From NCBI GenBank assembly GCA_965205955.1, contig OZ242192.1:949188-1013187 (forward strand): DNA of 64,000 nt, read 5' to 3'. A program made the position numbers and the translations under genes. Below are positions 39,184 through 50,900 of this stretch, in pieces; the stretch's first letter is position 1, and every line of letters begins with the position of its first letter. The DNA comes from Gammaproteobacteria bacterium. GTDB lineage: Bacteria > Pseudomonadota > Gammaproteobacteria > Eutrophobiales > Eutrophobiaceae. The notes under the pieces were generated by a model that saw only the letters and a program-made list of their open reading frames with translations, was not told the DNA's origin and ran no database searches.

Positions 39184-40005
39184 TCAAATATAATCCTGGC
39201 AAGTCGGACAGCAATATGCCGCTCGTTGCCCCAGTCTGTAGCCTTCTATGACCGAACCGCAGCGCAGACACTCGCATCCTGCACGATTATATACCTTAAG
39301 CTGTTGACGAAAATAGCCGGGTCGGCCCTGATGATCGGAAAAATCCTTTAAGGTTGTGCCGCCAGCCTTGATCGCCAGCCGCAATATACGCTTGATCGCA
39401 CCGGACAGATCCGCGCATTTTTTCCTGGATATTTGGCCGGCCCTGCATTCGGGATTGATCCCGGCAAGGAATAATGACTCATTTGCATAGATATTCCCCA
39501 CCCCGGCCACAATATGCTGATTCATAATAAATGTTTTTATTGCCTGTGCGCGTCCGCGCGTTACCCGAAACAAATAACCGGCATTGAATTGACTGCTCAA
39601 CGGCTCCGGCCCGAGTTTTTCCAATAATCGATGCCGGTTCGGGTCGATTGCGCTCCAATGAATGGAGCCGAATTTTCTCGGATCCCTGAATCGCATGCAC
39701 CGCCCGGATGCAAAAATGAAATCAATATGATCATGACTGTTTGGCTGAACACCCTGGCTATTGATATGCAGCGAACCGGACATCCCCAGATGCACTACCA
39801 TGCAGCCCTTGTCGGTATGAAATAAGAGATATTTACCGCGCCGTGCTACCGCACGAAAGGATTGTCCGCGCAGCAAGGTGTTTAAATTTCGCGGTACCGG
39901 CCAGCGCAGACGGCGCTCACGCACAATAACCCTGTGTATGGTTTTATCGAGGATATGGCGCACAACTCCCCTGCGTATCGTTTCTATTTCAGGAAGCTCA
40001 GGCAT
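39184..40005 (-). CDS. mutM: Formamidopyrimidine-DNA glycosylase
   Basis: MPELPE start, RRGKYL, HLGMSG, GVGNIYANE, C-terminal zinc finger. Confidence 0.96.
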   Translation of the reverse strand: MPELPEIETIRRGVVRHILDKTIHRVIVRERRLRWPVPRNLNTLLRGQSFRAVARRGKYLLFHTDKGCMVVHLGMSGSLHINSQGVQPNSHDHIDFIFASGRCMRFRDPRKFGSIHWSAIDPNRHRLLEKLGPEPLSSQFNAGYLFRVTRGRAQAIKTFIMNQHIVAGVGNIYANESLFLAGINPECRAGQISRKKCADLSGAIKRILRLAIKAGGTTLKDFSDHQGRPGYFRQQLKVYNRAGCECLRCGSVIEGYRLGQRAAYCCPTCQDYI

Positions 40006-40186
40006 TGGGTACCTCCGGTCAGATGAAATCCTCGCCGTCGGTAAGTATATCGAATAGATCCGACTCATCCAAATACGGTGGGGTTTACCGAGCAGCCCAT
40101 TCAGGGTATGTTTGGGGGATGACTTCCAAATTGCCTGTGATACCGTGGCACACCTGCGCGACGGCATCCGCATAAATCTGAGTACT

Positions 40187-40426
40187 ATGAAAACAATGAC
40201 TTGTAAACAACTGGGTGGAGCATGTGATAAAGAATTTCACGCCCACACTTTTGAGGAAATGGCAGAAATGAGCAAAAAACATGGTATGGATATGTTTCAA
40301 AAGGGTGATGAATTACATCTTAGAGCGATGAATGAAATGCAAGAGCTTATGAAATCTCCTAATGCAATGAATGAGTGGTTCGAAAACAAAAGGAAGGAAT
40401 TTAATGCGCTGCCTGAGAAGGAATAG
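40187..40426 (+). CDS. Small Cys/His/Met-rich protein (DUF1059-like)
   Basis: MKTMTCKQLGGACD...F.EMAE.SK.HG pattern; AT-rich insert. Confidence 0.7.
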   Translation: MKTMTCKQLGGACDKEFHAHTFEEMAEMSKKHGMDMFQKGDELHLRAMNEMQELMKSPNAMNEWFENKRKEFNALPEKE

Positions 40427-40479
40427 CTGTTACAGGAAAAAGTGTATGTATAGTGGAAAGAGTTGGTAACTTTTAAATA

Positions 40480-41436
40480 ATGATAGAAGAACCCATTAAA
40501 GGAATAATAGAACAGCTCTACACAAGGGAGGGTCAAATGATTTTTGGCGACACTTACAAAACGTTGAGATCATTTGAGGATAAAAAATTTGACCTTGTAA
40601 TTACCTCTCCTCCTTATAACATAGGGAAGGAATACGAAACAAAACAGTCTATTGAAAAATATCTTGAGCAACAAGAGGATGTCATAGAAGAATTAGTTCG
40701 GGTAACCTCCGACCGTGGAAGTATTTGCTGGCAAGTTGGAAACTATGTGGACAAGGGCGAAATATTTCCACTTGATATTTTCTATTATCAAATATTTAAG
40801 AAGCACGGACTAAAACTCCGAAACAGAATAATATGGCATTTCGGACATGGGCTTCATGCTTCGAATCGCTTTTCAGGTCGCTACGAGACAATCTTGTGGT
40901 TTACTAAATCTGATGACTATATTTTTAACCTTGATGATGTGCGAGTTCCTGCCAAGTATCCTGGCAAGCGACACTTCAAAGGACCAAAAAGAGGAGAGCT
41001 TTCGGGAAATCCAAAAGGGAAGAACCCCTCAGATATTTGGGAAATCATTTTAAGTGATTGGGAAAATGAGCTTTGGGATATCCCAAATGTAAAATCCAAT
41101 CATCCGGAAAAAACGGACCACCCCTGCCAATATCCTGTAGAACTTGTAGAGCGTTGCGTATTGGCATTAACCGTCAAAGACAGTTGGGTGCTTGACCCGT
41201 ATGCAGGAGTTGGTTCGACAATGCTTGCATCAATCAAAAATGATCGAAACGCGATCGGTATTGAAAGAGAAAAGAGATATATTGACATTGCTAAACAGCG
41301 AATAAAGGACTTGAAAGCAGGGGATCTGAAGTTGAGACCAATTAATAAACCTCTCCACAAGCCCAAAGCAACGGACAAAATCGCCAAAATACCAGAAGAA
41401 TGGCAAAACGGATCACTATTGGAAAACATTAGATGA
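40480..41436 (+). CDS. Beta-class N4-cytosine/N6-adenine DNA methyltransferase
   Basis: TSPPY (motif IV) precedes DPYAGVGST (motif I); HPCQYP; AT-rich. Confidence 0.92.
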   Translation: MIEEPIKGIIEQLYTREGQMIFGDTYKTLRSFEDKKFDLVITSPPYNIGKEYETKQSIEKYLEQQEDVIEELVRVTSDRGSICWQVGNYVDKGEIFPLDIFYYQIFKKHGLKLRNRIIWHFGHGLHASNRFSGRYETILWFTKSDDYIFNLDDVRVPAKYPGKRHFKGPKRGELSGNPKGKNPSDIWEIILSDWENELWDIPNVKSNHPEKTDHPCQYPVELVERCVLALTVKDSWVLDPYAGVGSTMLASIKNDRNAIGIEREKRYIDIAKQRIKDLKAGDLKLRPINKPLHKPKATDKIAKIPEEWQNGSLLENIR

Positions 41437-41460
41437 AAATAGCTCATAAATACTCACATC
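41433..41460 (+). pseudogene. 5' stub of a BglII/BstYI-family restriction endonuclease
   Basis: ATGA-coupled start reading MKIAHKYSH, like the MKI...YSHLNG N-terminus of this family; composition reverts to host-like DNA at about 41461. Confidence 0.55.
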
Positions 41461-41533
41461 CCAGGGAAATGGCTATATGAAGGGTCTAATCATGCAAGAG
41501 ACAGCGGCGCAGGTATTCCGCTATAATGTGTGC

Positions 41534-43366
41534 ATGCGCTTGTCGATCCTGTTTTTGTTTTCCCTGATTTTTACCGGGTGTGCATCCAAAGTCCCCCCGG
41601 TTGCTGAGCAGCAGGTTATGGTTCACCAGGATCGGGCGAGGGAGCTGATGCAAAACGGCGATTATCCGGGTGCCGCCGAGGAATATCTGCGCCTGGCCAG
41701 GCTGGACGCACGGCATGCGGTTACTTTCCAATTAAAAGCCGCCAGCGCCTATATCAAGGCGGGCTCCCATGCAGATGCGCAAAATATTCTCGATGCAGCT
41801 GAAATCGATTCGGGGGAGCGGACGCAAATACTGCGCCGCTCTGTTCTTTATGCGTATCTGGAATTGGAGCAGGGCCGTCCGGAGAGGGTCTTGCAACAGC
41901 TAGGTCAAACACCGGGGCCGGATACTCCCAGGGAATTGCTCATATTATGGTATGAAATCCGTGCCGAGGCGCAGGTGCGGACCGGCGCTCATGCGGAGGC
42001 GGTTCGGGGGCGTCTGGAGTTGGATCGCTATCTGAATTCCTTGCCGGAAAAAGAGTATAACTACCGGAAGATATGGGGGGCGCTGAAGGCTTTGTCTCTG
42101 CAGATGCTGGAGAGCCGGCGCGCTGAATCGGAAGGCGGTCGGGCAAGCTGGTATGAGCTGGGCATTTTGTATAAAACCATGCGCTATGATGCGCAGAAGT
42201 TCCGCCATGCCGTTGATGGCTGGATACAACGCTATCCCGATCACCCGGCTTATGCGGATATAGTCCCGATGCTGATTGCCGAGAGTGAGCGGCTCGGCAA
42301 ACAACCCGAGCATATTGCCGTGTTGCTGCCTTTCTCCGGACCGTATCTGAAGGTATCCAAAGCGATACGCGACGGCTTTATTGCCGCCTGGTATGAACAG
42401 GGGGACAAGCGTCCGCAGCTCAGCGTTTATGACGCGGATTCACTCAATGTTGTCGGGCGCTACCGGCAGGCCATTGAGGCCGGCGCGGATTTTGTTGTCG
42501 GCCCGCTTGAAAAAGAGGCGATTCGCAAATTGGCCGAGACCGATCTGCCGGATACAGGCATATTGACATTGAATCATATCGACGATGCGCCTGAGTCCAT
42601 CCAATCGAAATTGATTCAGTTTGGTCTGGCGCCTGAAGATGAGGCCGAGCAGGTGGCCGAGCGCGCCTGGTTTGACGGTCATGCGCTGGCACTGGTTCTC
42701 ACACCGAATAACCTCTGGGGAGAGCGCATATATTCGGCCTTCAAGGCACACTGGGAGCGCCTGGGAGGAAAGATCCTGGAGCATGGAAATTTTACAAGTT
42801 CGGCCCAGGATTATGCCGAGACCGCAAAACGGATATTGAATATCGACAGCAGTGAATTGCGGCTAAAGCAGTTGAAAAACCGGTTGCGCCTGCCGCTTAA
42901 GTTCGAAATTCGGATCAGGGAGGATGCCGATTTTATCTTTCTGGCCGCGACGCCGGATGCCGCAAGACAATTGGTGCCGCAATTGCAGTTCTACCGCGCC
43001 GGCCGGATTCCGGTTTATTCGACCTCGCATGTTTTCAGCGGCGTTGTCGATGCCGGAAAGGACATCGATATAGACGGAATACGGTTTGTCGATATTCCCT
43101 GGTTATTGGATATCGAGAGTGGGTTTTCCTCGGTGCGGGATAGTTTGAATAAAAACTGGAATGTGGATGAATCGAATTACCGCCGCTTATATGCGCTGGG
43201 AATCGATGCATACCGGCTGATCCCGCTGTTGGGGCGGTTATCCGAGCAGCGGGATTTTTATCTGGAAGGGGAAACGGGGGATCTATCCATGACGGAAGAT
43301 GGGAAGATAAAACGCAGGCTTCGCTGGGCGCGGTTTTCCAACGGCAGCCCGGTGCTGAGTGAGTAA
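41534..43366 (+). CDS. lpoA: Penicillin-binding protein activator LpoA (lipoprotein)
   Basis: Lipobox FTGC, TPR N-domain, IAVLLP.SG, VVGPL.KE, RLYALG.DA; lpoA-yraN-gmhA-BON synteny. Confidence 0.92.
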   Translation: MRLSILFLFSLIFTGCASKVPPVAEQQVMVHQDRARELMQNGDYPGAAEEYLRLARLDARHAVTFQLKAASAYIKAGSHADAQNILDAAEIDSGERTQILRRSVLYAYLELEQGRPERVLQQLGQTPGPDTPRELLILWYEIRAEAQVRTGAHAEAVRGRLELDRYLNSLPEKEYNYRKIWGALKALSLQMLESRRAESEGGRASWYELGILYKTMRYDAQKFRHAVDGWIQRYPDHPAYADIVPMLIAESERLGKQPEHIAVLLPFSGPYLKVSKAIRDGFIAAWYEQGDKRPQLSVYDADSLNVVGRYRQAIEAGADFVVGPLEKEAIRKLAETDLPDTGILTLNHIDDAPESIQSKLIQFGLAPEDEAEQVAERAWFDGHALALVLTPNNLWGERIYSAFKAHWERLGGKILEHGNFTSSAQDYAETAKRILNIDSSELRLKQLKNRLRLPLKFEIRIREDADFIFLAATPDAARQLVPQLQFYRAGRIPVYSTSHVFSGVVDAGKDIDIDGIRFVDIPWLLDIESGFSSVRDSLNKNWNVDESNYRRLYALGIDAYRLIPLLGRLSEQRDFYLEGETGDLSMTEDGKIKRRLRWARFSNGSPVLSE

Positions 43367-43390
43367 CCAATTATTACCAGCGCAAGCCTG

Positions 43391-43738
43391 TTGGTCGGTG
43401 GTGCGGCCGAAAGAGCCGCCGAACAATTCCTGCTGGATCAGGGCCTGTCATTGCTGGAGCGAAATTTTCGACATAAGTACGGTGAAATCGATCTAATCAT
43501 GCGGCAGGCCGACGGCATTGTGTTTGTCGAGGTGCGTTACCGGAAGAACAAGCGATGGATGGAGACGGCCGAGTCCATCGATCACAAAAAACGCGCGCGT
43601 ATCATAAAGACCAGCCTGTATTATCTGCAAAGCAACCAGCATTTGGGCGAGCCGGCCTGCCGGTTCGATGCCGTGCTGATTGGCGGTCAATCCCCGAATT
43701 GGCAGATAGATTGGATACAAAACGCATTTCAGGCATAA
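43391..43738 (+). CDS. yraN: YraN family protein (UPF0102)
   Basis: G..AE..A...L...GL..LERN, GEIDLIM, FVEVRYR, CRFD. Confidence 0.92.
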   Translation: MVGGAAERAAEQFLLDQGLSLLERNFRHKYGEIDLIMRQADGIVFVEVRYRKNKRWMETAESIDHKKRARIIKTSLYYLQSNQHLGEPACRFDAVLIGGQSPNWQIDWIQNAFQA

Positions 43739-43761
43739 TGCTCTTTTTGACCGGGAATTAA

Positions 43762-44370
<609 letters not shown>

Positions 44371-44376
44371 TGCAGT

Positions 44377-44967
44377 ATGAAATACATTTACCTGCGCTAT
44401 ATGTTTATCGTTCTTGTCATTCCGGCCCTGCACGGTTGTGCCGCGGTAGTCGTCGGGGGGGCCGCCACCGCCACCGGCGTCGGTGTGGCCGTCAGCCCCA
44501 GGACGGTGGGCACTTTTGTCGAGGATGAGGCGATTGAATTAAAGGCTCTGAAAGGCTTCTATGCCGATAAAGATATCCGTGCTCAGGCGCATATCAACGT
44601 TACCAGCTATAACAATATCGTGTTGGTTACCGGCGAAGCCCCCACCGAGGAAATTCGGGCGCGAGTGATTGGCATCGTGCGAAACATAGCCAAGGTGCGC
44701 CACGTGCATAATGAAGTAACCATCGCCGCCCCCAGTGCGCTGATCTCGCGCAGCAGCGATACCGTGGTTACCGGCAAGGTGAAATCAAAAATTCTTGCCA
44801 GGGAAAAACTTGGCGGACTGAATATCAAGGTCGTGACTGAAAAAGGCGTTGTCTATCTGATGGGCGTGGTCAACCGTACCCAGGCTGACGATGCGACCGA
44901 GATCGCAAGGAAGACCGGCGGCGTGCAAAAGGTAGTGAAATTATTTGAATACACCGATGCCGAGTAA
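44377..44967 (+). CDS. Dual BON-domain lipoprotein (YraP/DolP-like)
   Basis: Lipobox LHGC, two BON repeats (VLVTGEAP..VHNE; V.LMG.V...GV.KVV.LFEY). Confidence 0.9.
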   Translation: MKYIYLRYMFIVLVIPALHGCAAVVVGGAATATGVGVAVSPRTVGTFVEDEAIELKALKGFYADKDIRAQAHINVTSYNNIVLVTGEAPTEEIRARVIGIVRNIAKVRHVHNEVTIAAPSALISRSSDTVVTGKVKSKILAREKLGGLNIKVVTEKGVVYLMGVVNRTQADDATEIARKTGGVQKVVKLFEYTDAE

Positions 44968-44984
44968 TGCGGGGCGGCTCCCCC

Positions 44985-45485
44985 TCAGCATGATCCCGGC
45001 AACAATAAACGCTCATAAAACTCCTTGTCTTCCTCCAGGAAACAACTGGCGATAATCCGGTCAAAATCCGCTTCATAGCGTTTCATCGTCCTGATCGCGA
45101 CCGCCGCCGCCGGCTCCCTGGGATAGCCGTAAACGCCGGTACTGATCGCCGGGAAGGCTATGCTTCCAAGCCGTTTTTCCAGTGCAAGTCGAAAACAGTC
45201 CAGGTAGCAATTTTCGAGTAATTCCGGTTCATTATGGGTGCCGCCCCGCCAGACGGGCCCAACGGTATGGATGATCCACTTTGCCGGACAGTTAAACCCG
45301 GGCGATATCTTTGCCTGCCCGGTCTCACAACCTCCCAGGCTGCGATTGAATTCCAGTAATTCCGGCCCTGCGGCGCGATGGATTGCCCCATCCACACCGC
45401 CACCACCCAGCAGGGAATTATTGGCGGCATTCACAATGGCATCTGTTTCAAGCGTTGTTATATCGGCAATTATGATTTCTATCAT
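44985..45485 (-). CDS. Macro-domain O-acetyl-ADP-ribose deacetylase (YmdB-like)
   Basis: [42 protein letters not shown]. Confidence 0.93.
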   Translation of the reverse strand: MIEIIIADITTLETDAIVNAANNSLLGGGGVDGAIHRAAGPELLEFNRSLGGCETGQAKISPGFNCPAKWIIHTVGPVWRGGTHNEPELLENCYLDCFRLALEKRLGSIAFPAISTGVYGYPREPAAAVAIRTMKRYEADFDRIIASCFLEEDKEFYERLLLPGSC

Positions 45486-45607
45486 CTTTTGCTGCTTCCC
45501 GCTTTCAAGTATATTGCAAGATCGCTATAATTTCTTAATTCCCGAATTTCATGGCGCTGTTTTGGTCGATACTTTAATTACAAAATCATATCTTATGGTA
45601 GAAAAAC

Positions 45608-47944
45608 TTGGTAGCCGCTAATTCAGTGTTTAATCACGATGCGGAATTGAAACGCCGATTGTATGCCGCCTATACGGACAAGGGAGGCGATTACCGGCCG
45701 CGCACCCGTCACCTGGATGAACAGAATCAAGCTATTTATATCAACCGCCTGATTCTGGAAGACTCACCTTACCTGCTGCAACATGCCCATAATCCGGTTG
45801 ATTGGCATCCCTGGGGACGCGAGTCCTTTACGCGAGCCGCAACCGAAAACAAGCCGGTATTTCTCTCCATCGGCTACTCGACCTGTCATTGGTGCCACGT
45901 AATGGAAGCCGAAAGTTTTGACGACGAAACCATTGCCGGGTATATGAACGAGCACTTTATTCCGATAAAGGTAGACCGCGAGCTGCATCCGGATATTGAC
46001 GCTTTCTATATGCTCGCGGTGCTGATGATGGGCGGCCAGGGTGGCTGGCCGATGAGCAGTTTTTTGACCACGGAAGGCAAGCCTTTTTTTGGCGGCACAT
46101 ACTATCCGCCGCAGCAATTTATGAGCTTGTTGCAGCAGATATATGCGGCATGGATGGAAAAACCGGACGATGTGCTCAAACAGGCCGGGTTGGTTACGAA
46201 CAGGATCGATCTTGCGATGTCGACCAGACGGCAGGCCGCCGACGTTGGCAATGCAACGATAAAAAAAGCGCTGGAGGGCATAGTGCAGTCATTCGATCAG
46301 TCTTTCGGCGGTTTTGGCCAGGCGCCAAAGTTTCCCAATGAGCCCTGTTTATTTCTATTGCTGGAGGCGGAAATTCACTTCAATAGCGCATCCAATCTGA
46401 ATGTGCTGAATAAAACCCTGCAATCAATGGCTCAGGGCGGGATCTATGATCATGTAGGCGGAGGGTTTCACCGCTACGCTACCGACCGGCACTGGCTGGT
46501 TCCGCATTTTGAGAAGATGCTTTACAACCAGGCCAATCTTTCACGCATTTACCTGCGCGCCTACCAACTCACCGGACTGGGGTTTTACCGGCAGGTCGTG
46601 ACCGAAACCCTGGACTATATTCTGCGGGAAATGACCGACGAGCAAGGCGGCTTCTATTCTGCTACCGACGCCGACAGCGAGGGCCGTGAAGGAGCCTTCT
46701 TTACCTGGACCCATGCGCAACTGAAGGCCTGCCTGAGTCAAGCCGAGTACACACTGGCGGTAGGGTTATTCGGCGCTACCGAGGGCGGCAACTTCGAGGG
46801 GGAGAATATCTTGTTCCTGGCCGAAAGCTATGCCGAATATGCGGATAACAACGATCTGATATTGGCCGATCTGCTGCAAACCGTCGCTACGATAAAACAA
46901 AAATTATTGAGCGCCCGCAATCAGCGCGTACCGCCACTGCGGGACGACAAGATCATTACCGCCTGGAACGGCATGATGATCAGCGCATTCTCCGATGCCG
47001 GCAAAGTCCTGGGGCGCAAAGACTATGCCCGCGCGGCCATCGAGGCGGCAAATTATCTGTTGCACAAACATCGGGGGCCGGACGGTTCCTTATCCCGGGC
47101 CAGCCTGCGCGGCCATTGCAACATTGCCGCCGCACAGGAGGACTATGCCTTTCTGTCCGAAGCGCTGATCCAGCTTTATGACGACACCGATGATGCGCAC
47201 TGGCTACAGGAAGCGCAGGCGATCACCGATGCCATGTTGGCACAATTTCTGAGCGAACAGGACGGCGGCTTTTATATGGCGGCTGAAGAATCGGCCCTGC
47301 CCGTCCGGCTGAAGGAACTCGATGATAATGCAGTGCCTTCCGGCAATTCCGTGGCCCTGCGCATACTGGCAAAGATGGCAAGACGCACAGGCAAGGAACA
47401 GTATAACGATACTGCCCGGGCGTTGATCTCCGGCTTTTCCGAAAAAATCAATCAATACCCGCATGCCTTTGCCTATTTCCAGACCGGCCTGCTGGAATTT
47501 CTCCACGATGAATACGGCCCCCGGCAATATGCCGCCGGCGGTAATGTGCTGATTGACGCGCAGATCAATAATCAGGACCCGCAGATGGAATTGAATATCG
47601 CCATCACCATAAAATCCGGATGGCATATCAATGCCGGCGGCAGCCCGGACGGCGGCCTGACTGCAATGGAACTCAGCGCCGATGCGGACGCATCCTGGCA
47701 GATAAGCGCAATTGACTATCCCGCCCCGGTCCGCGGATATCTGTCCTTTGCGTCGGAAGAAATCCCGCTGTACAAAGACCGGATAGCGATCACCGTACGA
47801 CTCAAAAGAAAAGGGCACGCCGCTCCGTTGAAACTGATCCGGCTCGAATTACGGCTACAGGCCTGTAACCAGGACACCTGCCTTACCCCGGAAACCGTGC
47901 CACTGATTGTTTCCGAAACAAGCGGCCGCTCGCACCCACAATAG
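45608..47944 (+). CDS. DUF255/YyaL thioredoxin + (alpha/alpha)6 barrel protein with C-terminal DsbD-N-like domain
   Basis: [38 protein letters not shown]; C-terminal GWHINA...[10 protein letters not shown]. Confidence 0.88.
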   Translation: MVAANSVFNHDAELKRRLYAAYTDKGGDYRPRTRHLDEQNQAIYINRLILEDSPYLLQHAHNPVDWHPWGRESFTRAATENKPVFLSIGYSTCHWCHVMEAESFDDETIAGYMNEHFIPIKVDRELHPDIDAFYMLAVLMMGGQGGWPMSSFLTTEGKPFFGGTYYPPQQFMSLLQQIYAAWMEKPDDVLKQAGLVTNRIDLAMSTRRQAADVGNATIKKALEGIVQSFDQSFGGFGQAPKFPNEPCLFLLLEAEIHFNSASNLNVLNKTLQSMAQGGIYDHVGGGFHRYATDRHWLVPHFEKMLYNQANLSRIYLRAYQLTGLGFYRQVVTETLDYILREMTDEQGGFYSATDADSEGREGAFFTWTHAQLKACLSQAEYTLAVGLFGATEGGNFEGENILFLAESYAEYADNNDLILADLLQTVATIKQKLLSARNQRVPPLRDDKIITAWNGMMISAFSDAGKVLGRKDYARAAIEAANYLLHKHRGPDGSLSRASLRGHCNIAAAQEDYAFLSEALIQLYDDTDDAHWLQEAQAITDAMLAQFLSEQDGGFYMAAEESALPVRLKELDDNAVPSGNSVALRILAKMARRTGKEQYNDTARALISGFSEKINQYPHAFAYFQTGLLEFLHDEYGPRQYAAGGNVLIDAQINNQDPQMELNIAITIKSGWHINAGGSPDGGLTAMELSADADASWQISAIDYPAPVRGYLSFASEEIPLYKDRIAITVRLKRKGHAAPLKLIRLELRLQACNQDTCLTPETVPLIVSETSGRSHPQ

Positions 47945-47948
47945 CCCC

Positions 47949-50900
47949 ATGATCCGACTCTTCCGGTTTACCGGCTTTCTCCCTTACATCCTCATGGTAT
48001 TTTTCAATGCCTTTGTCGATCTTGGCCACAAGATTATTATCCAGAATTCTGTTTTCAAGGTGTATGACAATCAGGCGCAGATCATCCTGACCGCTATAGT
48101 CAACGGGCTTATTCTGCTCCCCTTCATCATGATGTTCTCGCCCGCAGGATATTGTTCGGACAAGTATCCCAAGAACAAGGTAATGCGGATCAGCGCCTGG
48201 GTTGCCGTGGGCCTGACCTTGCTGATCACTTTATTTTATTATCTGGGCTGGTTTTGGCCGGCATTTGCCATGACCTTCATGCTGGCGCTGCAAAGCGCGT
48301 TTTATTCCCCGGCAAAATACGGCTATATAAAAGAGCTGGTCGGCAAGGAAAATCTGGCGGGGGGGAACGGACTGGTGCAGACGGCAACGACGATCGCCAT
48401 TCTCAGCGGGATCTTTGTTTTTTCCATCCTGTTCGAGGCTCGTCTTGCCGGGGTAAGCTACGACGGGAAATCATCGTTACTGACTCACATTGCCCCGCTG
48501 GGCTGGTGCCTGGTCGGATTCAGCCTGATCGAACTTGCGCTGGCATATGCCCTGCCGCAAAAGAAGGAAACGGACCGGGAAATGTATTTTGACTGGGAGA
48601 AATACAGGCGGGGGCAATACCTGCGCGACAATCTCACGGTTGTGCTGCGCCATGAAGTTATTTTTCTTTCAATAATAGGGCTGTCGGTTTTCTGGGCCGT
48701 CTCCCAGGTGGTGCTGGCGGCTTTTCCCGCACATGCAAAGGAAACGATGTCCATTACCAATACGGTTATTATTCAGGGCACGATAGCCTGTGCCGGTTTC
48801 GGAATTATGCTCGGGTCACTGGTAGCCGGCCATATTTCCAAAACGCATATTGAAACAGGTTTAATCCCCATCGGCTCCGTCGGCATTGCCTTATGTTTGT
48901 TCGTTTTGCCCAGGTTGCACGATGTTGTCGCCCTGGCGGTAAATTTTCTTTTCTGGGGCATGGCGGGCGGCGTGTTGATTATCTCGTTAAATGCGCTAAT
49001 TCAATTCCACGCCGTAAAGGATCAGGCCGGGCGGGTGCTGGCCGGAAATAATTTTATTCAAAATCTGACAATGTTCAGCTTCCTTGTTCTGACCGTTGTT
49101 TTTGCATTGGTCGGCATCGGCAGTTACGGCTTATTTATGCTCCTTTTTATTGTCGCCCTTGGCGGCGCGATCTATACCGTCTATAAATTACCCCAATCCC
49201 TGCTCAGGTTCATGATCGGCCACCTTATCGGCTATAAATACCGGCTGGAAGTGCTCGGCTTGAAAAACCTTCCTGAATCTGGCGGAGTGCTGATGCTTGG
49301 CAACCATATAAGCTGGCTGGACTGGGCCATCGTGCAAATGGCCTCGCCCCGCCCGATACGATTCGTGATGATCCGCGATATTTATGAGCGCTGGTATCTG
49401 AAATGGTTTTTTTCTATTTTCGATGTAATTCCAATTTCCACCGGAGGGAGCCTCACTGCATTAAAGGAAATCAATGCCAGCCTGGGTAAGGGCGACGCGG
49501 TTTGCCTGTTTCCGGAAGGGACAATAAGCCGCACGGGGCAGATGACCAAATTACAGAAAGGGTTTGAAAAGGCCGGCAAGGGTACCCATGCCGTTATCCT
49601 GCCCTTTTATCTTCGCGGCTTATGGGGAAGCCGGTTTTCACGTTCCAGCAAAAAACTGAGGGGCATGCGCGATGCCGGAGTAAAGAGGGATATTATCGTC
49701 ACATTTGGCGAAACTTTGTCTATAGATTCTTCCGCAGAGACCGTGAAAAAGCGTATTTTCGACCTTTCCATCGATTCATGGCAGTGCTATGCCCAGACAC
49801 TCCAGCCGATTGCTTCTGCGTTTGTCGATTCCAGCAAGCGGGATAAAGGGGAACCGGCTATTATCGATCCGTTGACCGGAACGCTGAGCCGGTCTGCATT
49901 GCTGGCGGGAGTGATCTGTTTTTCACGATTGATTAAGCGCTATTCTCCCGAGCCGAATATTGGGTTGTTATTGCCCATGGGTAGCGCCGGAGCCATAGCC
50001 AATATGGCCGCGCTAATGCGCGGCAAGACGGTGGTCAATCTGAACTTTACCGCCGGGCGTGAGGCCCTGCGGGCGGCGGTGAAAAAGGCGGATATTAAAA
50101 CCATATATACCTCGGAGAGATTTCTGAAAAAATTAGTCAGCCGGGGTATAGACGTGCGCGAAATATTTCCTGATGCAACCCTGCTGTATATGGAAAGACT
50201 GCGGGGAGAAATCAGTAGCACGGCCAGGCTGGTCGCGTTTGTCATGGCAGTGATATTGCCGGCGCGACTGCTGAAATTGCTTTACTGCAAATCTGTAGAT
50301 ATCGAGAAGCCGGCCGCGATTTTGTTTTCCAGCGGCAGTGAGGGCGAGCCCAAAGGCGTTATGCTGAGTCATAAAAATATCATGGCGAATCTGAAGCAGA
50401 TCTCCGATGTGTTGAATACGCAGGACACCGATATTGTCATGGCAACCCTGCCCTTGTTTCATGCTTTCGGTCTGACCGTTACGACGATGATGCCGCTGGT
50501 CGAGGGGGTGCCGATAGTTTGTCATCCCGACCCAACGGATGCGGTGAATATTGCCAAGCTCATTGCCGAATATCGGGCGACGATTTTCTGCGGAACCTCG
50601 ACATTTTTGCGTTTATATATCAAAAATAAACGGGTGCACCCGCTGATGCTGGAGTCGTTGCGCATCGTTGTGGCGGGCGCGGAAAAATTGAGTCCCGAGG
50701 TGCGTGAAGCCTTCAAGTTGAAATTCAACAAGGATATTTATGAAGGCTATGGCGCCACCGAGACGACGCCGGTTGCCAGCGTGAATGTTCCGGACGCACT
50801 GGATGTCAATTATTGGCAGGTACAGTTGGGCAGCAAGGCGGGAACTGTCGGCATGCCGTTGCCCGGTTCCAGTTTTCGCATTGTCGATCCCGAATCAATG

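Noticed and set aside
40013-40170. Minus-strand frame YADAVAQVCHGITGNLEVI...*TPPYLDESDLFDILTDGEDFI* resembling a LanC CHG motif or a gene remnant
   Set aside because: Too short, interrupted by a stop, and no other lanthipeptide genes; cannot be assigned without a search
45595-45620. Possible frameshift in the A-run joining ATG 45595 to the DUF255 frame
   Set aside because: Would add only four residues and a TTG start is available; no supporting evidence
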